Shown here in pieces: positions 48,422 to 58,063 of a stretch of 64,000 nt of DNA. Position 1 is the stretch's first letter. The number at the start of each line of letters is the position of its first letter. The DNA is taken from assembly GCA_041496385.1 (NCBI GenBank), contig JBGQEL010000002.1, positions 1 through 64,000 on the forward strand, given 5' to 3'. Source of the DNA: Candidatus Methylomirabilia bacterium (GTDB taxonomy: Bacteria; Methylomirabilota; Methylomirabilia; Rokubacteriales; CSP1-6). A model generated the notes under the pieces. It was not told the DNA's origin, searched no databases, and worked only from the letters and a program-made list of their open reading frames with translations. The translations under genes and the position numbers were made by a program.

Positions 48422-49806
48422 CAGAGCGTCCGCACGTCGGTGAGCCGCCCCGTGACCGCGGCCGCCGCCGCCATCGCGGGCGACATGAGGTGCGTGCGCG
48501 CGCCCTTGCCCTGACGTCCCTCGAAGTTGCGGTTCGACGTCGACGCCACGCGCTCGCCCTCGCGCGCCGTCTCGCCGTTCATCCCGACGCACATCGAGCA
48601 GCCCGCCTCGCGCCACTCGAAGCCGGCCTCGACGAAGACACGATCGAGCCCCTCGGCCTCGGCCGCGCGGCGGATCAGCCCCGAGCCGGGCACGACCCAC
48701 GCCGGCACGAGGGCGCGGCGTCCCCGGACGACGCGCGCCGCGGCGCGCAGGTCGTCGAGCCGGCTGTTCGTGCAGGAGCCGATGAAGACGCGGTCCACCG
48801 TGACGTCGGTCAACGGTGTGCCGGGCGCCAGCCCCATGTAGGCGAGCGCGCGCGTCATGCTCTCGCGGCGCGCGACGTCGGCGATCGCGCCGGGGTCGGG
48901 CACGCGCGCCGTGACGGGCAGCGCATCCTGCGGACTCGTGCCCCAGGTCACGGTCGGCGCGATCTCGCCCGCGGCCAGCGCCACCTCGCGGTCGAACGTC
49001 GCGCCCGGGTCGCTCGGCAGCGCCGTCCAGGCGGCGAGCGCCTGCGCCCACGCGGCGCCCGTGGGGGCGAACGGCTTGCCCTCGACGTACGCGAACGTCG
49101 TCGTGTCGGGCGCCACCATGCCGGTGCGCGCGCCCGCCTCGATCGACATGTTGCAGACCGTCATGCGCTCGTCCATGGACATGGCGCGGATCGCCTCGCC
49201 GGCGTACTCGATGGCGTGGCCCACGCCGCCGCCGGCGCCGATCGTCGCGATGATCGTCAGGATCACGTCCTTGGCGGTGACGCCGGGGCCGAGCCGGCCC
49301 TCGACGGCGACGCGCATGGTGCGCGGCTTCTTCTGCCAGAGCGCCTGCGTCGCCAGCACGTGCTCGACTTCGCTCGAGCCGATCCCGAAGGCGAGCGCGC
49401 CGAAGGCGCCGTGGGTCGCCGTGTGCGAGTCGCCGCAGACGAGCGTGATCCCGGGAAGCGTCAGCCCCTGCTCCGGGCCGATGACGTGCACGATCCCGCG
49501 CCGCGCGTCGCCCACGTCGAAGTGGACGATCCCCTGTCGCGCGGTGTGGCGCGTGAGGTTCTCGACCATGCCGCGGATCTCGGGGTCGGCGGCGACCGCG
49601 CCCGGCGCCGTGAGCAGGTAGTGATCCGTCGTCGCGAAGGAGAGCTCCGGCCGCCGCACCCGCCGGCCCTGCGCCGCGAGCCGGCCGAAGGCGCTGGTCG
49701 AGCCCTCGTGCAGCAGGTGCCGGTCGATGTAGAGGAGGACGTGGCCCCCCGGCCCCTCGGCCACGACGTGGCGCGACCAGATCTTCTCGAACATCGTCTG
49801 CGGCAT
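48421..49806 (-). CDS. leuC: 3-isopropylmalate dehydratase large subunit
   Basis: [35 protein letters not shown]. Confidence 0.92.
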   Translation of the reverse strand: MPQTMFEKIWSRHVVAEGPGGHVLLYIDRHLLHEGSTSAFGRLAAQGRRVRRPELSFATTDHYLLTAPGAVAADPEIRGMVENLTRHTARQGIVHFDVGDARRGIVHVIGPEQGLTLPGITLVCGDSHTATHGAFGALAFGIGSSEVEHVLATQALWQKKPRTMRVAVEGRLGPGVTAKDVILTIIATIGAGGGVGHAIEYAGEAIRAMSMDERMTVCNMSIEAGARTGMVAPDTTTFAYVEGKPFAPTGAAWAQALAAWTALPSDPGATFDREVALAAGEIAPTVTWGTSPQDALPVTARVPDPGAIADVARRESMTRALAYMGLAPGTPLTDVTVDRVFIGSCTNSRLDDLRAAARVVRGRRALVPAWVVPGSGLIRRAAEAEGLDRVFVEAGFEWREAGCSMCVGMNGETAREGERVASTSNRNFEGRQGKGARTHLMSPAMAAAAAVTGRLTDVRTL

Positions 49807-49902
49807 GGCGGGCGCTCGGATCCTCCCGAGCCGGAAGATTACCCGGTGTCACGGCGCATCTCAACTGTGAGAGACTCTTTCCCAAATTCACGGGAGGTCT
49901 CC

Positions 49903-51516
49903 ATGCGTCACGCCACGATCCTGCTCGGGCTCGCGCTGACCCTCGTTCCCCTGGCGACGCCGGCGGCCGCGCAGGCGCCGGCGGCGCGCGAGGGCAAGCC
50001 GGGCGGCATCCTGCGTCTCCTGCTGCGCGAGGACCTGCCCCAGGGGTTCTCGATGCACGAGACGGCGACCAACTCCGTCACGTGGCCCGGGATGCCCTGC
50101 TACAGCAACCTCGTCGTCTTCGACCAGCAGAAGCAGCTCGAGCGCCCCGAGACGATCGTCCCCGAGCTGGCCGAGCGCTGGTCCTGGCAGGACGGCTACC
50201 GCAACCTCGTGTTCTTCCTGCGCCGGGACGTCCGCTGGCACGACGGGCAGCCGTTCACCTCGAAGGACGTGAAGTTCACCTTCGACATGGTGCGCGAGGC
50301 CAAGGACACGCCGCTCCGGCTCCGGCTCAACCCGCGCAAGGAGTGGTACGCCAACGTCGACGCCGTCGAGGCGCCCGACGCGACCACCGTCATCTTCAGG
50401 CTCAAGCGCCCGCAGCCGTCGTTGCTGGTGATGCTCGCCTCCGGCTACTCGCCCGTGCTGCCGGCGCACGTGCCGCCGGCGGAGCACCGCTCGCGCTGCG
50501 TGGGCACGGGGCCCTTCAAGCTCAAGGAGTGGCGGCGGGGCGAGTCCGTCGAGTTCGTGCGCAACCCCGACTATTTCGTCAAGGGTCGCCCGTACCTCGA
50601 CGGCGTGCGCTACACCATCATCGTCGAGCGCGGCACGCGGGCCGCCGCGCTGCAGGCGGCGCAGGTGGACGCGTCCTACCCCGGCGAGATCACGATCAAC
50701 CAGTGGGAGCAGCTCCGGGCCGCCGTGCCCAGGATGGTGTTCACCGAGACCGCCTCGAACGTCAGCGAGAACCTGCTACTCAACACCAAGCGGCCGCCCT
50801 TCGACAACGTGAAGGTCCGCCGCGCGCTCAGCCTCGCCATCAACCGCCGCGCGTACACGCAGGCCGTGCACCGCGGGAGCGCCGTGATCGGCGCCGCCCT
50901 CTCGCCCAAGCCCTGGGGGGTCTGGGGGCTGCTCGAGCGTGACCTCGTCCAGCTCCCGGGCTACGGTCGCGCGGCCGACGACAAGGCGAGGGCGCGCAAG
51001 CTGCTGGCCGAGGCGGGCTTCACCCCCGCCAGTCCGCTGAAGGTCGAGATGGTGACGCGCGGCATCGCCATCTACCTCGACTTCGCGTCATACGTCGTCA
51101 GCGAGCTCCGGCAGGTCGGGCTCGAGGTCACGCTCAAGCAGATCGAGACGGCCCAGTGGCATCCGATGGTCACGCGGCGCGAGTACCAGATCGCCGCCAA
51201 CCTGACCGGCCTCGGCGTGGACGACCCCGACGCCAACTTCTACGAGAACTACGCCTGCGGCTCGGCGCGCAACTACCGCGACTACTGCAACGAGCAGGTC
51301 ATGAAGGCGATCGAGCAGCAGTCGCAGGAGACCGACCCCCAAAAGCGCCAGGCGCTCGTCTGGCAGATCCAGAAACAGCTCGAGGAGGACGCCGCGCGGC
51401 CCACCATGGGCTGGCGCACGGACCGCTTCGCGCATCACCCGTGGGTCAAGAACCTCGTGCCGCACAACGTCACGTACAACTGGCCGCGCCTTCAAGACAC
51501 GTGGCTCGACCGGTAG
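49903..51516 (+). CDS. ABC substrate-binding protein (family 5, peptide/nickel type)
   Basis: Signal peptide, PELAERW, WHDGQPFT, GTGPFK. Confidence 0.9.
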   Translation: MRHATILLGLALTLVPLATPAAAQAPAAREGKPGGILRLLLREDLPQGFSMHETATNSVTWPGMPCYSNLVVFDQQKQLERPETIVPELAERWSWQDGYRNLVFFLRRDVRWHDGQPFTSKDVKFTFDMVREAKDTPLRLRLNPRKEWYANVDAVEAPDATTVIFRLKRPQPSLLVMLASGYSPVLPAHVPPAEHRSRCVGTGPFKLKEWRRGESVEFVRNPDYFVKGRPYLDGVRYTIIVERGTRAAALQAAQVDASYPGEITINQWEQLRAAVPRMVFTETASNVSENLLLNTKRPPFDNVKVRRALSLAINRRAYTQAVHRGSAVIGAALSPKPWGVWGLLERDLVQLPGYGRAADDKARARKLLAEAGFTPASPLKVEMVTRGIAIYLDFASYVVSELRQVGLEVTLKQIETAQWHPMVTRREYQIAANLTGLGVDDPDANFYENYACGSARNYRDYCNEQVMKAIEQQSQETDPQKRQALVWQIQKQLEEDAARPTMGWRTDRFAHHPWVKNLVPHNVTYNWPRLQDTWLDR

Positions 51517-51519
51517 CCC

Positions 51520-52371
51520 ATGGGCCACAGCGCCGCGCGCCGGACCATCGCCGATCTCATCGAGGAGCGGTTCGGCCTGCCCACGCAGGCCGGCCGCGCC
51601 CTGCCCGCCGAGGGCGCCCTCGCCCAGATGCTGTCGCACCGCACGCAGCGTCGGTACAAGCCGGACCCGGTTCCGGACGACATCCTCGAAGTCCTGCTCG
51701 CGGCCGCGCTCTCCGCGCCGTCGAAGTCCGATCTCCAGCAGGTGGCGATCATCCTGGTCAAGGACCGCGCGAAGCAGGCCACGATCGGCGGCTGGATCCC
51801 CGACATGCCGTGGATCGCGCAGGCCCCGCTCTTCCTGGTGTTCTGCGGCGACCACCGTCGCATCCGGCGGGTGGCGGAGCTGCGCGGACGGCCCTTTCCC
51901 AACGACACGCTCGACATGTTCATGAACGCCGCGGTGGACACGGGCCTGGTGCTGCAGAGCTTCATCACGGCCGCCGAGAGCCTGGGGCTCGGCTGCTGCC
52001 CGATCAGCGTGGTGCGCAACCACGTCGAGCGGCTCGCCGCGCTGCTGGAGCTGCCCGCCGGCGTCTTTCCGGTCGCCGGCCTCTGCGTTGGCTATCCCGT
52101 CCAGACGGGCTGGATCAGTCTGCGGCTTCCACCAACCCTCACCGTCCACACCGATCGCTACGACGACCGCCGCCTGCCCGGGGAGCTCGAGGCCTACGAC
52201 CGGCGGCGCGAGGCGCGGCACGCGACGCCGCGGGAGAGCCAGCGCTACGCGGACCGCTTCGGCTACACCGAGCCCTACGGCTGGGCGGAGGACAAGGCGC
52301 GGCAGTACTCGGTGCCCGAGCGCCACAACTTCGGCCCCTTCATCCGGGGCCACGGCTTCGCGCTGCAATGA
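51520..52371 (+). CDS. nitroreductase (NfsA/FRP type)
   Basis: HRTQRRY, SAPSKSDLQ, AESLGLG, RLP. Confidence 0.87.
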   Translation: MGHSAARRTIADLIEERFGLPTQAGRALPAEGALAQMLSHRTQRRYKPDPVPDDILEVLLAAALSAPSKSDLQQVAIILVKDRAKQATIGGWIPDMPWIAQAPLFLVFCGDHRRIRRVAELRGRPFPNDTLDMFMNAAVDTGLVLQSFITAAESLGLGCCPISVVRNHVERLAALLELPAGVFPVAGLCVGYPVQTGWISLRLPPTLTVHTDRYDDRRLPGELEAYDRRREARHATPRESQRYADRFGYTEPYGWAEDKARQYSVPERHNFGPFIRGHGFALQ

Positions 52372-52724
52372 GCGTCCGGCAGCTTCTGCAGTGGCAGTGG
52401 TCCGACTACACCGCGAAGCATCGCAGCCGGGCGAACCTCCTCGTCCACATCGTCGCGGTGCCGCTGTTCCAGCTGGGAACCCTGCTCCTGGTGTACGCCG
52501 CCGTGCGGCGCGTGGGGGGCGCCGCCGTCCTGGGCGTCGCGTGCCTCGTCGCGTCGCTTTCGCTGCAGGGCCGTGGACACACGCTCGAGGCGGAGGCGCC
52601 CGAGCCGTTCCACGGGGCCGGGGACTTCGTGCGGCGCATTCTCGCCGAGCAATGGATCACGTTCCCCCGCTTCGTGCTGTCCGGCGGCTGGGCCCGCAAC
52701 CTCAGGGACGCGCCCCACGCCTGA
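52368..52724 (+). CDS. DUF962/Mpo1-like small membrane protein
   Basis: H...N...H and QGRGHxxE motifs. Confidence 0.7.
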   Translation: MSVRQLLQWQWSDYTAKHRSRANLLVHIVAVPLFQLGTLLLVYAAVRRVGGAAVLGVACLVASLSLQGRGHTLEAEAPEPFHGAGDFVRRILAEQWITFPRFVLSGGWARNLRDAPHA

Positions 52725-52793
52725 CGCCCCCTCGACATGTGAGCGCGTTCGCCTTATCCTGTCGGGCATCCCCTCACCCGAAAGGAACGAGCG

Positions 52794-53141
52794 ATGAGCG
52801 TCAAGCGTCACGGTGTCGGTGCCCGGCTCTCCCAGGCGGTCGTCCACGACAACACGGTCTACCTCGCCGGGATGGTGGCCGGCGACCCCTCGGCGGACGC
52901 CAAGGGGCAGACCGAGCAGATCCTCAAGAAGATCGACGAGACCCTCGCGGCCGTCGGCAGCCACAAGTCGAAGCTGCTCTCGGCCACCGTCTACGTCGCC
53001 AACATGGCGGTCTACAACGATATGAACGCCGCCTGGGACGCCTGGGTGGACAAGGCCAACACGCCGGCGCGGGCGACGGTCGAGGCGCGGCTCGCGTCGC
53101 CGAAATATCTCGTCGAGATCATGAGCGTCGCGGCCATCTAG
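52794..53141 (+). CDS. RidA family protein (YoaB-like)
   Basis: VYLAG, MNAAWDAW, PARATVEA, VEI. Confidence 0.9.
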   Translation: MSVKRHGVGARLSQAVVHDNTVYLAGMVAGDPSADAKGQTEQILKKIDETLAAVGSHKSKLLSATVYVANMAVYNDMNAAWDAWVDKANTPARATVEARLASPKYLVEIMSVAAI

Positions 53142-53191
53142 CGCGCGCGCGCGCCCGCGCGCGCGCCGCCCCGAGGCACAAGGAGACCATC

Positions 53192-54379
53192 ATGCGTGAA
53201 GCCGTCATCGTCGCCAGCTCCCGGACGCCGCTCGCCAAGTCGGGGCGCGGCTCGTTCAACCTGACCCGGCCCGACGACCTCGCCGCCCACTGCATCAAGG
53301 ACGTCCTCGGCAAGGTCCCGCAGCTCGATTCCAAGGAGGTCGAGGACGTGATCCTCGGCTGCGGCCAGCCGCACGGCGCCCAGGGCCACAACATCGCGCG
53401 CGTCGCGGCCGTCCGCTCGGGTCTGCCGGTGACGGTCGCGGGCCTCACCCTGAACCGCTTCTGCTCGTCCGGCCTCCAGGCGATCGCGATCGCGGCGAAC
53501 TACGTCATGAACGACGGCGCCGACGTGATGATCGGCGGCGGCGTCGAATCGATCACGATGATGCAGCGGGACACGAGTCCGAATCCCTGGGTGAAGGAGC
53601 ACTTCCCCGGGATCTACATGGCCATGGGCGACACGGCCGAGGTCGTGGCCAAGCGCTACAAGATCAGCCGCGAGGCCCAGGACCAGTACTCGCTCCTCTC
53701 CCAGCAGCGGACCGCGCGCGCCCAGCAGGAGGGCTTCTTCAAGGAGGAGATGGCGCCGATGCACGTCACGCGCGGCGTCCTGGACAAGAAGACGGGCGAG
53801 GTCGTGGGCAAGGAGGAGTCCTACGTCGAGAAGGACGAGTGCAACCGGGGCGACACGACGCTCGAGGGTCTGCTGAAGCTCCCGCCCGTCTTCGACAAGG
53901 ACAGCGGCCAGGGCTCGGTGACGGCCGGCAACTCCTCGCAGCTCTCCGACGGCGCCTCCGCCACGCTCGTCATGTCCATGGACCGCGCGAAGGCGCTCGG
54001 CGTCAAGCCGAAGCTCATCTTCCGCGGCTTCGCGGTCGCCGGCTGCGAGCCCGACGAGATGGGCGTCGGCCCGGTCTTCGCGGTGCCGAAGCTTCTCGGG
54101 CGCCACGGCCTCAAGGTGTCCGACATCGGCGTGTGGGAGCTGAACGAGGCGTTCGCCTCGCAGGTCATCTACTGCCGCGACCGGCTCGGGCTGGATCCGG
54201 AGAAGCTGAACCGGAACGGCGGCTCGATCTCCATCGGCCACCCGTTCGGCATGACGGGCTCGCGCATGGTCGGCACGATCGCCAACGAGATGCTCCGCAC
54301 CAAGGCGCGCTACGGCGTCGTGACCATGTGCATCGGCGGCGGCCAGGGCGCCGCGGGGCTCTTCGAGGCGTGTAACTAG
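53192..54379 (+). CDS. acetyl-CoA C-acyltransferase (thiolase)
   Basis: NRFCSSG, ELNEAFA, GHPFG, CIGGGQG. Confidence 0.93.
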   Translation: MREAVIVASSRTPLAKSGRGSFNLTRPDDLAAHCIKDVLGKVPQLDSKEVEDVILGCGQPHGAQGHNIARVAAVRSGLPVTVAGLTLNRFCSSGLQAIAIAANYVMNDGADVMIGGGVESITMMQRDTSPNPWVKEHFPGIYMAMGDTAEVVAKRYKISREAQDQYSLLSQQRTARAQQEGFFKEEMAPMHVTRGVLDKKTGEVVGKEESYVEKDECNRGDTTLEGLLKLPPVFDKDSGQGSVTAGNSSQLSDGASATLVMSMDRAKALGVKPKLIFRGFAVAGCEPDEMGVGPVFAVPKLLGRHGLKVSDIGVWELNEAFASQVIYCRDRLGLDPEKLNRNGGSISIGHPFGMTGSRMVGTIANEMLRTKARYGVVTMCIGGGQGAAGLFEACN

Positions 54380-54412
54380 CGGCGCGCGCTCACGCCCGCC
54401 GGGTCGGTCGCA

Positions 54413-54772
54413 TCACCGGGACGCCAGGACGAGAAGAAGGGCGACGGCGCCCGGCAGCGCCTGAACCCAGAGAATCTTGCGGCCCACGGTGAGGGCGCCG
54501 AAGAGCCCGGCGACGACGACGCACGCGAGGAAGAAGAGCTCGACCGCGACGCCCGCGGGGCCCATCGCCAGTCCCCAGACCAGTCCCGCCGCGAGGAAGC
54601 CGTTGTAGAGGCCCTGGTTCGCGGCCAGGGCTCGGGAGGCCTGCGCGAACTCGGGCGTGAGGCTGAACGTGCGGCGACCGAAGGGCTTGCTCCAGAGAAA
54701 CATCTCGAGCACCAGGAAGTAGACGTGGAGCAGGGCCACCAGTAGGACGACGACGCTCGCCGCCGCGCGCAT
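54413..54772 (-). CDS. DUF1304 membrane protein
   Basis: 'HVYFLVLEMFLW', 'ANQGLYNGFLA'. Confidence 0.85.
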   Translation of the reverse strand: MRAAASVVVLLVALLHVYFLVLEMFLWSKPFGRRTFSLTPEFAQASRALAANQGLYNGFLAAGLVWGLAMGPAGVAVELFFLACVVVAGLFGALTVGRKILWVQALPGAVALLLVLASR

Positions 54773-55815
54773 CACCCGGCCCTCGGGGCGAGGAGCGCCC
54801 AGGCGGACTCGGCGAGCGGGCGCGCCCGACGCCCGCGCTCGCGCGCGTTGGGGTCGTTGGCGGTGCCGGTGACGACGCGGCCCATGATCCCCTGCGCGAT
54901 CGCGGCCAGCCGGAACATCGCGAACGCGAGGCAGAACTCCCAGTCGGGGATCCCCGCGCGCCCCGTGCGGCGGCAGTAGGCCGCGACGTACTCCTGCTCG
55001 CCCGGGATCCCGAGCTCCGCCAGGTTCTTGTCGGCGAGGCCCTCCCACTCACGCGTGAAGCGGTGGGGCAGGCAGTTGTAGGCGAGGTCGGCGAGCGGGT
55101 GGCCGAGCGTCGAGAGCTCCCAGTCGAGCACCGCGGCGACGCGCGGCTCGGTCGGATGGACGACGACGTTGCCGAGCCTGAAGTCGCCGTGGACGAGCGC
55201 CACCTCGTCTTCCGCGGGCAGGTGCTCGGGCAGCCACGCGATCAGCCGCTCCATCGCCTCGATCTTCTCCGTCTCGGAGGCGCGGTACTGCTGCGTCCAG
55301 CGATGGATCTGGCGCGCGAAGTAGTTCCCGGGCTTCCCGAAATCGGCGAGCCCGATCGCCCGCCAGTCCACCGTGTGCAGCCGCGCGATGACCTCGTTGA
55401 GCGAATCGTAGATGGCCGCGCGCTCGTGCCTGGACAGGCCCGGAATCGCCGGATCGGTGATGACGCGCCCGTGGACGCAGTCCATGACGTAGAACGCGGT
55501 GCCGATGACCGTGTCGTCCTCGCAGAGCGCGTACGTGCGCGGCACCGGAAACCCGGTCGTGCCGAGGGCCGTGATGACGCGGTACTCGCGATCCACCGCG
55601 TGCGCCGACGGCAGGAGCTTGCCCGGCGGCTTCCGGCGCAGGACGTACTCCTTGCCGCCCGCCGCCAGGTAGTACGTCGGGTTCGACTGGCCACCCTGGA
55701 ACTGCTGGACGTCGAGCACACCCGCGAATCCCTCGACGTGCACGCGCATGTAGCGCGCGAGCGCGTCGACGTCGAAGCGGTGCTGCTCGCGGACGGGGGC
55801 CGTGGTCGAGATCAA
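54772..55815 (-). CDS. APH-like phosphotransferase (ACAD10/11 N-terminal type)
   Basis: GGQSNPTY, HAVDREY, HGDFRLGN, LDWELST. Confidence 0.9.
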   Translation of the reverse strand: MISTTAPVREQHRFDVDALARYMRVHVEGFAGVLDVQQFQGGQSNPTYYLAAGGKEYVLRRKPPGKLLPSAHAVDREYRVITALGTTGFPVPRTYALCEDDTVIGTAFYVMDCVHGRVITDPAIPGLSRHERAAIYDSLNEVIARLHTVDWRAIGLADFGKPGNYFARQIHRWTQQYRASETEKIEAMERLIAWLPEHLPAEDEVALVHGDFRLGNVVVHPTEPRVAAVLDWELSTLGHPLADLAYNCLPHRFTREWEGLADKNLAELGIPGEQEYVAAYCRRTGRAGIPDWEFCLAFAMFRLAAIAQGIMGRVVTGTANDPNARERGRRARPLAESAWALLAPRAG

Positions 55816-55883
55816 CGGGATCGCCTCCTGCGCGCGACAGTATAATCCGACTCGACGTCCTTTTCCCCGCGAGAGGAGAGCGC

Positions 55884-56396
55884 ATGATCCGCGAGGTTCC
55901 CGGCCGCAGGCCGCGCGTCCACCCCGGCGCCTACGTCGACCCCCAGGCCGCCGTCATCGGCGACGTGACGATCGCGGAGGGCGCCAGCGTCTGGCCGTTC
56001 ACGGTGCTGCGCGGCGACCAGGACAGCTACGTGCGGCTCGGCCGGAATTCGAACGTCCAGGACAACTCCGTGCTGCACGTGATGCCGGGCGTCCCGTGCG
56101 TCGTCGGCGACAACGTCACGATCGGCCACCGCGCCGTCGTCCACGCGTGCACGATCATGGACAACTGCCGCATCGGTATCGGCGCCGTCGTGCTGAACGG
56201 CGCGGTGGTGGAGGAGGGCGCGCAGGTGGGCGCGGGCGCGCTCGTGCCTCCCGGCAAGGTCGTGCCCGCGGGCTGGCTCGTCATGGGCGTGCCGGCCAAG
56301 CCGGTGCGGAAGATGGAGCCCGACGAGCTGGAGGACATCCTGCGAAACGCGCAGGAGTACGTGGATCTCTGGCACCGCGACTACCGCGTGGGCTAG
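55884..56396 (+). CDS. gamma-carbonic anhydrase family protein
   Basis: Hexapeptide repeats, RGD, NVQDN, three His ligands. Confidence 0.9.
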   Translation: MIREVPGRRPRVHPGAYVDPQAAVIGDVTIAEGASVWPFTVLRGDQDSYVRLGRNSNVQDNSVLHVMPGVPCVVGDNVTIGHRAVVHACTIMDNCRIGIGAVVLNGAVVEEGAQVGAGALVPPGKVVPAGWLVMGVPAKPVRKMEPDELEDILRNAQEYVDLWHRDYRVG

Positions 56397-56401
56397 CGGT
56401 C

Positions 56402-56567
56402 CGTCGCGGGTGGCCGGGCCGGGCGCCGTAGGGGTCGACGGACCACGCGGCACGCGCTCGCCGTCCCGCTGTGACTGGGCTCCATCCGGGCACGCGTAGC
56501 CCCGCCGCCGCGCGGCGGGAACGAGTCCTTTCGACCCCTACGGCGCCCGGCCCGGCCACCCGCGACG
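56402..56567. repeat. REPIN/MITE-like element with perfect 37-bp inverted repeats
   Basis: 56402-56438 is the exact reverse complement of 56531-56567; intergenic between convergent genes. Confidence 0.85.
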
Positions 56568-56585
56568 AGCGCGATCCGAGCGGGA

Positions 56586-58046
56586 CTAGAGGTCGCGCGG
56601 AAGTCGCGGCGGCTCGGCGCAGGCGCGCTCGATCTCGTCCACGGTCTTCGGCGTCCCCGCGGTGAGCACCTCGGTGCCGCCGGCCGTGACGAGCAGATCG
56701 TCCTCGATGCGGATGCCGATCCCGCGAAACTCCTTCGGAATCGGATGCACGAGCTTCTCGGCCTTGGCCTTTTCCTCGTCCTCGAGGCGCTTGGCGGCCG
56801 CCATGCCGAGCCGGAGGCGCCGCTCCCACATCTCCTCCTCGCTGTACTCGCGGAGGTAGAAGGTCGCGGTCTCGCGCTCGGCGTCGACGTAGAGGCCGGG
56901 CTCGACGGTGAAGACCATACCCGGCTCGAGGGCGCGCGACTTTCCGTCGATCCGGTAGTCGCCGACGTCGTGGACGTCCATGCCGAGCCAGTGACCGGTG
57001 CCGTGCATGTAGAACTCGCGGTAGTGGTGCATCGCGAGCGTGTCGTCGAGGCCGCGCGGCACGAGGCCGAGCGCCACGAGCCCCTCGGCGAGCACGCGCC
57101 GCGCCGCCTCGTGCACCGCCTCGTAACGGCCGCCCGGCTGCGCCGCGGCGATGCCCGTGAGCTGCGCGCGCAGGACGATCTCGTAGATCGCGTGCTGCGC
57201 GGCGGTGAAGCGCCCGCTGACGGGGAAGGTGCGCGTGATGTCGGCCGAGTGGTAGCCGTACTCGCAGCCCGCGTCGATCAGCAGGAGGTCGCCGTCCGCC
57301 AGCCGCCGCGTGTTCTCGGTGTAGTGGAGGATGCAGGCGTTGGGCCCCGACGCGACGATGGACGGGTAGCCGTTGCGCGGCGAGCCGCTGGCGCGGAAGA
57401 CGAACTCGAGCGCCGCCTGCACCTGGTACTCGTAGAGCCCCGGCCGCGCGTAGCGCATCGCCTCGACGTGCGCGTCGCGGCTGATCTCGCAGGCGCGGCG
57501 GTGGCGCGCGAGCTCGGCGGGCGAGCGGCGCAGGCGAAGCTCGTGGAGGAGCGGGCCCGGGTCCTCGACGCGCACCGGCGCGGCGAAGCCGCGGGCGCGC
57601 GCCAGGCGCAGCTCGGCGATCAGCCTCGTGATCCGCCCGTCGAACGCGCCCTGGCCGAGGCGATAGTAGAGCGTCGGCCGGTCGATGAGGTATTCGCGCA
57701 GCTTCTCGTCGAGCTTCTCGATCGGATAGGCGGCGTCGGCGCCATAGGTCGCGACGGCGCCCTCGACGCCGGCGCGCCGGCCGTTCCAGATCTCCATCTC
57801 GCGGTCGCGCGGACGGACGAAGAGGACGTAGCGCTCCTTGGCGTGGGCCGGGTTGATCACGGCGACGGCGTCGGGCTCGTCGAAGCCCGTGAGGAAGAAG
57901 AAATCCGAGCTCTGGCGGAACTCGTGGTTCACGTCGCCGTTGCGCCGGACCTCCGGCGCGCCGGGGACGATCGCGATCGCGTCGCCGAGCGCCGCCGCGA
58001 AGCGGAGACGGCGCTCACCGAAGGGCGCCAGGTCGGGAGTCGCCAT
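56586..58046 (-). CDS. pepP: Xaa-Pro aminopeptidase
   Basis: FRQSSDF, LHY, DAG, DITRT, GHWLGMDVHD, EPGLY, RIEDD. Confidence 0.92.
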   Translation of the reverse strand: MATPDLAPFGERRLRFAAALGDAIAIVPGAPEVRRNGDVNHEFRQSSDFFFLTGFDEPDAVAVINPAHAKERYVLFVRPRDREMEIWNGRRAGVEGAVATYGADAAYPIEKLDEKLREYLIDRPTLYYRLGQGAFDGRITRLIAELRLARARGFAAPVRVEDPGPLLHELRLRRSPAELARHRRACEISRDAHVEAMRYARPGLYEYQVQAALEFVFRASGSPRNGYPSIVASGPNACILHYTENTRRLADGDLLLIDAGCEYGYHSADITRTFPVSGRFTAAQHAIYEIVLRAQLTGIAAAQPGGRYEAVHEAARRVLAEGLVALGLVPRGLDDTLAMHHYREFYMHGTGHWLGMDVHDVGDYRIDGKSRALEPGMVFTVEPGLYVDAERETATFYLREYSEEEMWERRLRLGMAAAKRLEDEEKAKAEKLVHPIPKEFRGIGIRIEDDLLVTAGGTEVLTAGTPKTVDEIERACAEPPRLPRDL

Positions 58047-58063
58047 ACGCGGCATAGGGTATC

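Noticed and set aside
53141..53166. (GC)n run after ridA
   Set aside because: Short low-complexity self-complementary tract; unremarkable at this GC content.
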